From Zygnema circumcarinatum SAG 698-1b (Eukaryota > Plantae > Zygnematophyceae), in NCBI GenBank assembly GCA_037447605.1, contig CM074807.1, forward strand, positions 930,001-994,000: a DNA stretch of 64,000 nt, in the 5' to 3' direction. This document shows, piece by piece, positions 12,401-23,200 of this stretch (positions are counted from its first letter, which is position 1; every line of letters starts with the position of its first letter). The notes under the pieces were generated by a model that was not told the DNA's origin, made no database searches, and saw only the letters and a list, made by a program, of their open reading frames with translations. Both the position numbers and the translations under genes were made by a program.

Positions 12401-14264
12401 CATGATGGACCCGAATGTTGGCAAGAAGACCTGCTATGTGCAGTTTCCGCAGCGATTCGATGGTATTGACAGGAGTGATCGATATGCTAACCACAACACG
12501 GTGTTCTTCGACGTGAGTTTTCATCGACCTGCTGCCTCACGCCACTATCTCAAGGACGATTGTCTGGCTTGATTTTATTTTTGTACAATTTTAACACCTC
12601 GAAATTGATGTGCTGGACAGATCAATTTGCGAGGACTTGATGGTCTCCAAGGACCAGTGTATGTCGGAACAGGTTGCTGCTTCAGAAGGCATGCTCTGTA
12701 TGGCTACGAGCCTGTGAGGAAGGAGAAGAGGACATGCTGCGCTCTCCTCTGCGGCTGCTGCGGAAAGAGGAAGAAAGGAGCGGCCAAGCCGCTGAAGGGG
12801 GCTGAAGCTGTGAAGCTGAAGTCCGCCGATGGTTCGCTGCCAGTGTTTAACTCCGATGATATTGAAGAAAGTAAGCAAACTTCGTCTGATTTTTTCACGC
12901 TAGCTTTTGATGAAAATCGGACTGAGGTCTATATCATATTCTAGTTTGGTGGTGAGAGCATAACAGAACTTCTCATGCCTTGTTTTGTCTTGTGTTGCAG
13001 ATGAGGGAGAAGAGCAAGAGAGCTTTTTGGCCTTGAAGCAGTTTGAGAAGAAGTTTGGTCAGTCATCCGTTTTCATATTGAGCACTTTCCACGAGGAGGG
13101 TGGAGGCGTGGCCAGTGCGAGCCCTGGAAGCACATTGAAGGAGGCCATTCATGTCATTTCTTGCGGCTATGAGGACAAAACCGAATGGGGCAAAGAGCTT
13201 GGTTGGATTTATGGGTCCGTGACAGAAGATATTCTCACTGGGTTTAAAATGCATTGTCGCGGATGGCGCAGCATCTACTGCATGCCCAAGAGGCCGGCCT
13301 TCAAGGGTAGTGCTCCCATCAATCTTTCAGATCGTCTTCAACAGGTGTTGCGTTGGGCTCTTGGTTCAGTGGAAATTTTCCTCAGCAGGCATTGTCCCCT
13401 TTGGTATGGCTATGAGGGCAACCGTCTGAAGATGCTTCAACGTTTGGCCTATATCAATACTGTGGTCTACCCTTTCACTGCCTTCCCACTCATTGCGTAC
13501 TGCACGCTACCTGCCATTTGTCTTCTTACCAACGAGTTCATCATTCCTTCGGTAAGTGCTCCCTTTTATTCGTCTCAAAATCCAGCTTTCCTTATGTACG
13601 CTTCTTGATTCAGAAGACAGTGAAATTACGTTTGCTAGTCTTACTGACCGTACAAACTATGTTGTGTTTTTCTCTGCAGATTGGATCAGTGGACAGTCTG
13701 TGGTTTATTGCCCTCTTCATCAGCATTTTTGCAACCGCCTTCTTGGAGATGCGTTGGAGTGGAGTTGGAATGGAGGAATGGTGGAGAAATGAGCAGTTCT
13801 GGGTCATTGGAGGAGTCTCCTCTCACTTGTACGCAGTGTTCCAAGGTCTTCTGAAGGTGCTGGCTGGCATCGACACAAATTTCACTGTCACAGCCAAATC
13901 TTCCGATGAAGATCAGGAATATGCTGAGCTCTACCTCTTCAAGTGGACTTCCCTCCTCATCCCCCCCACCACGTTGATCATCATCAACCTCATCGGTGCA
14001 GTTGCGGGCGTTGCCAATGCGATCAACAATGGGTATGACCAGTGGGGACCTCTCTTCGGAAAGCTCTTCTTCGCTTTCTGGGTGGTGGTGCATCTGTACC
14101 CCTTCCTCAAGGGTCTTATGGGCCGCGCCAACCGCACACCTACCATCATCATCGTGTGGTCCATCCTGCTCGCTTCCATTTTCTCCCTTCTTTGGGTGAA
14201 GATCAATCCTTTCGTGGCCACCACAACAGGCCCTGACCTCTCCCAGTGCGGAATCCGCTGCTGA
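9485..14264 (+). CDS. CesA: Cellulose synthase catalytic subunit (land-plant/rosette type), 11 exons
   Basis: Exons about 9485-9565, 9681-9873, 10035-10264, 10403-10619, 10749-10965, 11142-11751, 11870-12132, 12300-12512, 12621-12870, 13001-13551 and 13680-14264. N-terminus [31 protein letters not shown]...[36 protein letters not shown] and QVLRW motifs, FTVTAK loop, C-terminal SQCGIRC. Confidence 0.98.
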
Positions 14265-15539
14265 GCTAGCAATCAATTTGGTAGCCACATCTGGGGGGTG
14301 GAAGTGCCGAAGTCTCTCTTCGGCACTGCATGTATGTATGAGCTTGGGCTCCAGTCAGTACCAGTTCCAAATAATGGCAGGAATAACAGGCGGGAGGGAG
14401 GCTGACAGTTTGGCCTGCCAATGCGTCTCAGGCGTCCTGCGGGGTGTGGGTGTTGTGTATTTTTTGGCTTCGTGTATGGGAGAGGCGTAGGGCGTAGAGA
14501 GAGACCTGACCTGCTTTTCTTCTTGTAAGGTGGTAGAGCTTTAAGAGGGCAGCCTGTGAACTGACCCTACTGCCGGAATGGGGCAGGGGATCTTGTGGCT
14601 GCTTGAGCCTTCTAGCGCCGGGGGGGGGTTGGGGGGGAAGAGAGAAGGTAGAGAGTGAGTGTGTGTCTGTACATCTGCAGGAGCTGCTCTCGAATGTGTC
14701 GTGTCCTGTTTACACTCCGTAATTTATTCTTTATTGCATTAGAAGACTGTGGAGATGCTCATGCTTCTGCGCATGTCCTGTACTGGTGACAGCTGTTTCT
14801 GCAATGTGGTGTTGTGTAATTGTTTGTGGATATTTTGTGCCTCCCGCCAATGCCGTGGGGAAACAAGCATTTGCATTGCAATGCAACGGAATGCTCTGCA
14901 TTGTCGTTTCTTCATGACCGTTTGGTTTTTTCGATTGTTGTCGTGCTCACAACTGTTCGATGCTACTCTGGCGGTAAACAATATGCTGAGAATAATGGAT
15001 TCTCCTGAACCCACCTCCTGACACTGCTGAATGTAGGAATCATTGCGTAAATTGCCTACTTGCCTTGCTTTTTCCTTCCAAAATAGGGGGAGTCAGACCT
15101 TGACCATCGCCCGCGGAATTGCAAGATTTCGAACGCGAAAAGGTATTGATTTCGATTTCCGAATTCGGATCGGAAACCACGGCTCCCCCCGAACCTGTCT
15201 GTCACGTCCGTACGGCGGAATAGGTTACAAAAATGCCCCCAAATTTCAGAATTCCGCGCTCCGAAACGGGGGGCCTCCAGAGGCTCCCCGTTTCGAAATT
15301 CCAGCTTTCCGCCGATGAGGAATCGTGCCCCGTCTTGTCGCCATGCGCGTCACGCACGTGCGAGCGCCTCACCGCCGCCGCCCGGACGCCGCGACCCGCC
15401 GCCGCGCAGAGCAGCGTTTCAGGGCTGGCACAGCTTTAGGGTTTCTCTTTCTCCCACCAACATCACCCACTTTGCGGCAACCACGTCCTCACGGACCTCA
15501 TAAGCACCACGGGAGAGTGGTCAGCGAGGACGCGAAGTG

Positions 15540-16890
15540 ACGACGGCGGAGTTGAGCAGCGGTGAGTCCTTGCCCTTGCACCTGCCCCTGCCTCCCTCGC
15601 CCTGGCCCATGCCTCCCTTGTCTCCCTTGCTGCTCTTTCTGCTGCTGCTGCTGCTGCTGCTGGTTTTTTTTTTGCTGCTTCTTTTTCTGCTGCTGTTGCT
15701 ATTGCTGTGCTGCTGTTGCTCGTGCTGCTGTTGTTCCTCCTGCTGCTGTTGCTGCTACTGCTGCTGCTGCTCTTGCTGCTGGTGCTGGCTGCTGCTTCTG
15801 CTTCTGCTGTTGTTACTGCTGCTGCTTCTGCTGTTGCTACTGCTGCTGCTTCTTTTTCTGCTGCTGCTGCTACTACTGCTGTTGTTGTTGCTGTTGGTGG
15901 TGGTGCTGCTGCTACTACTGCTGTTGTTGTTGCTGTTGGTGCTGCTGTTGCTGCTGCTGCTGCTGCTTCTGCTTCTGCTGTTGCTCTTATTGTTCTGTTT
16001 TTTTGGCTGCTGCTTTTTCTACTGCTGTTGCTCCTATTGCTTCTGCTTCTTTTTCTGCTGCTGCATTTCGCATTCTGCATTCCGCATTCCCCATTCCGCA
16101 TTCGGCATTCCGCATTCCGCATTCTGCCTCCCTTGCACCTGCTACAGCCTCCCTTGCCTTTGCCCCTTGTTGAGTTGCCCTTGCCTCTGTCTTCCTTGCC
16201 TTGTGCCCCTCGTTCCTTTGCTTATGCTTCTGTTGTGTGTATGATTGTATGCCATTCCTCCCTCTCCCTATTAAGTTGAGGTGGCGAATTGGTTACGCAA
16301 CTGTTGCAAAACAGTAATAAAGGGGTTCAAATCCCCTCTTCAACTTCTAGTGTTTATTCACTTTTCTATTTTTATTTATTTAAACTTTTTGTGTTTTTGC
16401 TTCATATGCCAAATATTTGTTGTTATTTTTTTTTAGTTGTTTTTATTCTATCTATCTATTCTTTATTCTATATTTTATCCTATCTGCTGCGGCTGTTTCT
16501 CTTGCTGCTGTTGTAGCATTCATTTTTTTTTGTTTTTGATGCTGCATTTTGCAATACGCATTTTGCCCCAGCCTCCTTTGCCTTTGCCCCTTGTTGTGTT
16601 GCCCTTGCCTTTGTCTTCCTTGCCTTTGCTTGTGCCCCTCATTCCTTTGCTTATGCTACTGTTGTGTGTATGATTGTATGTCATTCCTCCCTCTCCCCAT
16701 TAAGTCAAAGTGGCGAATTGGTTACGCAACTGTTGCAAAACATTGCAACAGTAATAAAGGGGTTCAAATCCCCACTTCAACTTGTAGTGTTTTTTTATTC
16801 TTTTATTTTTATTTATTTAAAGTTTTGTGTTTTTGCTTTATATGCCAAACATTTGTTGGTATTTTTTTTAGTTGTTTTTATTGCTTTTTA
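15540..16890 (+). repeat. Left arm of internal inverted repeat: CTG/GTT-rich tract, (GCATTC)n, and two copies of a roughly 0.4-kb unit
   Basis: The unit containing GGTTACGCAACTGTTGCAAAA...TAATAAAGGGGTTCAAATCCC occurs near 16290 and 16720. The arm begins ACGACGGCGGAGTTGAGCAGCGGTGAGTCCTTGCCCTTGC. Confidence 0.9.
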
Positions 16891-17509
16891 CCATCTCCTT
16901 CAAAACTTTGAATTGGGTTGTTGTTGTAGCGCAATTTAGAACATTGAATACGCTTCTCCCATGAATGTACACATGAAACACAAAGTAATGGCTTGTGTGG
17001 AATCTCAAGTAAAGATGCAACGACAAAGACTGGAGTGGGAGAAACAACAATGAGAGTTTACTGAGGCAAGGCGAATCCAAGATGAAGAAGAAGAACAAAA
17101 ATTACAAATATAAGATTCTCAAGAAGAACAAAGATTACACATTATTGGAGCAGCGTAAAAAAGCTATTAATGTTAAAACATGATATTATTTGCATTTAGA
17201 ATCGCTTAAAGGAGAATACAGGAGAACTCATAAAAGTGTGTGCACAAAGAGAGGGAGGGAAGGAGGCCAGGGGGGGGTGTCTTAGTGATGCCAGTACTTA
17301 CTAAATTGAGAATGAATGGCACAAGTTTTTATAATGAGACATGGTTTTTATTTTGTATACAAAAAGTATTTTTATATATGTTTGTGTGTATGTATATATG
17401 TGTATGCATTATTTGCGTTAATGTGTTTTTATAAGAACAAAGAAAGAGTAGTAGTTGTGTATGCTACAAGGAAGATTCAGAAACATTTATACAATCTCAT
17501 CAATTGAAA

Positions 17510-19086
17510 CAAATAAAGGTAAAAAGCAAAAAAGACAACAAAGAAATAACAACAAATATTTGACATATGAAGCAAAAACACAAAAACTATAAATGAATAA
17601 AAATAGAATAAACACTACAAGTCGAAGAGGGAATTAGAACCCTTTTATTACTATTTTGCAATAGTTGCGTAACCAATCCACCACTTCAACTTAATTGGAA
17701 GGGGAGGAATAACATACACTCATACACAACACAAGCATAGGCAAAGGAACTGGAGGCGGTAGACTAAGGCAAGGGAGGCAGAATGCGGAATGCGGAATGC
17801 AGAATGTAGCAGCAAAAAAAAAAGCATGCTGCAACAGCAATAGCAAAAGCAGAAGCAGATAGAATAATATATAGAATAAAGAATGGATAGATAGAATAAA
17901 AACAACTAGAAAAAATAACAACATATGTTTGGTATATGAAGCAAAAACACAAAAACTTTAAATAAATAAAAATAAAAGAATGAATAAACACTACAAGTCA
18001 AAGAGGGGATTTGAACCCCTTTATTACTGTTTTGCAACAGTTGCGTAACCAATCCGCCACTTTGACTTAATGGGGAGGGGGAGGAATAACACACACTCAT
18101 ATACGTAGCAATGGCATAAGCGAAGGAACGGGAGGCACAAGCAAAAGGAAGGGAAGACAGAGGCAAGGGCAACACAGCAAGGGGCAAAGGCAAAGGAGGC
18201 TAGGGCATGGGCAAGGGAGGCAAAATGCGGAATGTGGAATGCGAAATGAGAAATGAGGAATGCAGAATGCAGAATACCAAATGCAGCATCCAAAAAATAA
18301 TGAAAATTGCTGCAGCAGTAACAACATAAAAGCAAAAGCAGAAAAAGCAACACCACAAAAAGCAGCAGCAGCAGCATCAACAATAGCAGCAGCATGAACA
18401 GCAGCAGCAAAAAAACCAAGAGCAAAAAAAGCAACAGCAACATCAACATCAACATCAACTGCAGCAGCAGGAGATGTAGCAGCAGAAACAGTATCAACAG
18501 CAGTAGCAGCGGCAGCAGCACAACAACAACAGCAGAAACAGCAGATGAAGAAGAAGAGGCAGCAGCAGCAGCAAAAAAACCAAGAGCAAAAAAAGCAACA
18601 GCAACATCAACTGCAGCAGCAGGAGAGTAGCAGCAGAAACAGTATCAACAGCAGTAGCAGCGGCAGCAGCACAACAACAACAGCAGAAACAGCAGATGAA
18701 GGGGAAGAAGAGGCAGCAGCAGCAGCAAAAAAAGCAAGAGCAAAAAAAGCACCAGCATAAGAAGCAGGAGCAACATCAACAACAGCAGCATAAAAAGCAG
18801 CAACAGCAGCAGTAGCAAAAAGAGCACCAAGGGAGACAAAGGATGCATGAGCAAAGGCGAGGGAGGCAGGGGCAGGTGCAAGAGCACAGGAGGCAGGGGC
18901 AAGGGAAAGGGAGGCAGGGGGAAGGGCAGGGAAGGCAGGGGCAAGGGTAAGGGAGGCAGGGGCAAGGGTAAGGGAGGCAGGGGGAAGGGCAAGGGAGGCA
19001 GGGGCAAGGGCAAGGGAGGCAGGGGCAAGGGTAAGGGAGGCAGGGGCAAGGGCAAGGACTCACCGCTGCTCAAGTCCGCCGTCGTC
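17510..19086 (-). repeat. Right arm of internal inverted repeat (CAG-rich; reverse complement of left arm)
   Basis: The same unit appears in reverse orientation near 17630-17680 and 18005-18060. The arm ends GGCAAGGACTCACCGCTGCTCAAGTCCGCCGTCGTC, the near-exact reverse complement of the left arm start. Confidence 0.9.
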
Positions 19087-19655
19087 CCCATAAACCGATC
19101 GCGCTCTTGCCGTGGTCGACGGCACACCGCTCACCGTTCACTGGGGTGAGGCGAGAGGACGCTCTGCTCGTTCCGCTGCAAGGATAGCTCGGGCGATGGC
19201 GAGGGAGGAGCCCTAAACCCTAAACCCGAGCTGATATGAGCTCGCAGCGAGCGAGCAGGCGGGCAGGCGGCGGGCGCGAGGCGCCGCGGCGGGACGCCGC
19301 TCGCGCGGTGGTGACGCGCGTAGCGACAAAACGGAGGGCGGCGAGCGACAGGCGGCGGAGGGAGCGCGGGGGGGCGAAAAGGGGGGAGTCAAACCTGGCC
19401 CGGAGATACAAAGGTAAAATAATTGCTCTCTGGAATTCGTGACGCCCGAGCCTGTCGAACGTCCACTTTTCGCGGAATTGGGCTGCCGTACAACGCGGAA
19501 TTAGGTCCGGGGGTTTTCTGAATTGATTTGGCGCTGGTCTAAGTCTGACTCCCCCTAATGTCTGAATGTAAGAAAGAAAAGGTTGGAGAACCTCCAAGTT
19601 TGGTATCGTAAAATTTCGAAATTCGCTACCAGAGCAATGCAGTGCTGCGGTGCTA

Positions 19656-19947
19656 ATGCCATGCCCACGCCCATGCCCACGCCCATGCCCACGCCCATGC
19701 CCACGCCCATGCCCACGCCATGACCACGCCCATGCCCATGCCATGCCCATGCCATGCCCATGCCATCCCCATGCCATGCCCATGCCCATGCTCAAGCCCA
19801 TGCCAACGCGTTACCATGCTCATGGGCAGCTAGACACATCATATCACGGTACTACCTGCCGTCATGCCCTCATGGCACATGGCATGGATGGCGCCATGCC
19901 ATGCCATGCCAGGCCATGCCATGCCATGCCATGGGCATGGGCATGCC
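19656..19947. repeat. (ATGCCCACGCCC)n / (CCATG)n array upstream of the IFRD gene
   Basis: About five tandem 12-bp units, followed by dense CATGC/CCATG pentamers and hexamers. Confidence 0.85.
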
Positions 19948-20259
19948 GCGTCCCGCGAGGCCTGCCAGGCGAGGCGGCGGCTGCCAGCGCGGCGCCGGGG
20001 AGCGGGACACGTGCCGCGCTGCCCGAGGCTGGTCGGGGGAGGGAGAGGGAGTCAAGAGGAGGAGACGGGGCGGGAGAGGGAGGGAGGCACAGAGGGAGAG
20101 TGGCAGGGGGAGTTAGGAGAAAGGGGTGGACGAAGGACAGAAAGGCAGGAAGAGTGAAGCGGAAAGAGAGAGGGACAGGGAGAGAGAGGGAGAGGGAGGG
20201 AGAGGGGAGGTAGGGAGGGAGGGAGGGGAAGGGATACCTTGAGTGGACTTGACGGCGCC

Positions 20260-23200
20260 ATGGCACGAAGTACGTTCGCTTTGTGATTCTCTACTGCCAT
20301 TGTTGACGCTTGTTTTACCTTTTCAATTGGACTGCAACAACTGGAAGTAAGAAAGGAGTTCAGGCTGAAGTTTTAAAGTTTGTGAGTCAAGCAGCTTTGC
20401 TGCATTCAAACTCTTTATTCGGAATCCAGTTGTGCTGATTAGGTCTTTCTCTGTTGCAGAGAAGGGCAGCAGACGCGCCGTTAGGGCTGACGACAGCGAC
20501 GACGACACCGTGAGTACTGCATCCACTGCCTCGTGTGAGCTGCTCGATGGAAGAGAGGCGGATGAAGAGTACGACGAGAGCAGCATTTTGGAGGGCTATC
20601 TCGATGATCTCTACGAGAAGAGGTGGGCCGAATTATTGCAGATTATCATATTTAGGTGTTTACTCCAGCATTGGCAACTTGCTTTCTGACAAACTTGATG
20701 TGAACTCCTGTAAGGTTACGACCGTTGCTGGCCGTGAAATAGGTCAAAGGCTCTGCGTTTGGAGCCGTTTTAATTGTTACTTATTTACTAAGCAGAATCA
20801 TTTATGGAAGTGCTTTTTGATCAACCTTAGGTTGTGTGTTTGCAGGAGCTCTACGCGAGAGACGGCCCTGAAGGGCTTAATTGCTGCATTTTCCAGTCAA
20901 GTGTTGACTGATTTTGCCGAGGCAAAGTGAGTTTTTTCCCCCGCAGCCTAGTGCATCATGGAGAGAAAGAGTGAGATGAGAGTGTGGTGTATGCCCGTGA
21001 AAAAGTGTTATGTAGATTATTCAAACTTCTGCAAGCTTACAGAAATTCGTCTCATTGCCTAGTTGAGTATAAAGGATTGGGATTAACATTATTTGAAACC
21101 CCTGTACTTTCATTGTCTATAGTTAAACTGGGCCATCAAGCATTGTTGTAGTGAATTCATGTAGTCACTTACAAAATGGATTTGCTTTGCTGCATGTTTT
21201 TATCCGAGTAAGATGATTCATTGCATTGCGGTCGACAAAAATATTGTTACAAACTAGTCCTCTGGAGTATGGGCTTCCTTTATTTCAGAAATTTTCTGTC
21301 AGGACGTGTTTCAGCTCATACTTGCGCTTAATAAGCCCCTTACCTTAAATGTATTTTTTTTTTACTTTATGGGCAGCTGCTTGCTAAGGCCGAGTTAAAT
21401 TCAGTTGAGCGTTGATTTGACTTATTTATACAGTGTTCAATAAGTGCTAATTATGTTTGTCTATTTGCAATTCCCATGGTGATGTTGATGCTCATATTTC
21501 TGATGCTTATTTTTTAAAAGGGATTGCATGCTTGCTTGCTTGCATCTTGGACAGGTCGGAAACATTGGTTCAACAGTTTGTTGGATCAGTAAAGAGGGGC
21601 AGTGCAACCGAGGTAGCACTCGCGGCAAGAGCACTCGGTTAGTGAATGAAGCCTACTGCATGTTTTTTCCATGTGCTTAGATGTTCAAAGCTCGACGACG
21701 GTTCCTTTGAAGTGGGCGGACATTTGAAACAGAGAGCGTTAGCTTAATTCTGTCGCCAATCGATCTCTTATGCTAACTCAAGGGGTAGCTCGAAATGACT
21801 AGACTAGCTTGTCGTAGTGCTCCTTCCCTTCAGATTTTTACCTACGCATTTATTTAGCTTTGGATGCGGAATTGCAGGTATGCTCACGCTTACTCTTGGA
21901 GCGAGCACTACTTCAGAGCATGTGTTGGAAGAAGCTGCTCCGACACTCAAACTAGTGGCAAAAAGTAGCTCAGCCGCTGCAGCGCGGATATCAGTAAGCA
22001 CCTGAATAGCTTTTGTGGAAGCACACCATGCTATCTGTTTGCCTTTTTTTTCCGTTGGAGAGATGAGAGGGCATGACGACAGCTTTGTCTGCCAACATCG
22101 TCCCAAATATTCCTATCTTGGACAGAAACATTGAAGCTTTATTTCCTTGTGCAAAAAACTGAGAATGCTCTGATTTGTTGCTACTGTCCGAACAGGCTTT
22201 GGAATCGCTGGCAATGCTGACCTTCATCAGTGCTCCGGAGACAGAGACAACAGAGGAAATTATGGCGATGCTTTGGAAAATCACTGGCCATGCAGGGACA
22301 GCAAGTGCTGCACAGGTAACACTTCCATCGAAACATACCGTCAGATTAAAGTTTAAAGAGTGTGCATTTCGAAAATGTGCATATCGCAGATTAGAATGAC
22401 TTGGAATTTCAGTTGATGGGGTTTTCCGGCTCCAAATTTTTGAGGCCGGGTCTTTGTTGAGTGCAGAAGGCAGGGGCAATGCCGCCATCCGGCCCTGTGA
22501 GAGCGGCAGCATTGACTGCATGGAGCCTGTTGCTATCTACAATTCCTTCAGACCACACAGCAGAGCAGTACGGCCGCAGGTAGGGCTAGCATTATCTGGT
22601 CATTTGCCTGAGTATGATAAGGGGAAGTGAGTACTATCATCTAGAACCTTTCCTTTTTGGAAGAGGTATCAGGGGCAGGGCCTGCTGCTGAAGAGTAGAT
22701 CAGTCAGAGAAGAGCATTACTTTGGTTATTGCTAGAATTGGCCTCGTTGAAATGGTTAGGGGTGAATACAATGGAGGGAGCGAAGAGTACTTTGCTGGTT
22801 ATGGAGAGAGTGAGTGAGGGAGGCGGAGCAGGAGGTGAGGAGTAGTTGATTAGCGGAAGCTACAATGAACCAGAAGAAGTAGGAGAGAAATCGGAGGCAG
22901 GTGGAAGCTTCTGAGTACATTCAGAATAAGCTATGTGACTGTTTGATTGTCTGGGAGGAAATGCAGGGAGATTTATAGCTTGGCTGAGCTCCTCAAAGAT
23001 GGAGATCTTAGTGTTCGAACAGCGGCGGGCGAAGCCATTGCTTTGCTGCATGAGGCCGGCAGCGAAGATGCGAGAGGCAGTGATGCCGATGATACTTTGA
23101 GTGATGTGGCTATCTATGAGGAAAGCGTGGCACCAGGTGTGAACCGAAAATTCGTGGAATTTGGATGTGTTGTTTGAAAACGTTGTAACAACTGTAAGTT

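Larger units (their letters stand above)
15085..19556. mobile_element. Non-autonomous TIR DNA transposon with long internal foldback (possibly PIF/Harbinger-related)
   Basis: 27-bp TIRs match at 24/27 (AGGGGGAGTCAGACCTTGACCATCGCC at 15085-15111 versus the reverse complement of 19530-19556). Flanked by AAT on both sides, or TA if the ends are taken 1 bp inward. Internal inverted arms at about 15540-16890 and 17510-19086. No intact transposase. Confidence 0.8.

Noticed and set aside
15463-16279. Long poly-Leu, poly-Cys and poly-Ala ORFs in several frames (also 18024-19149)
   Set aside because: They are translation by-products of CTG/CAG triplet tracts inside the transposon, open in all frames with no domain content.
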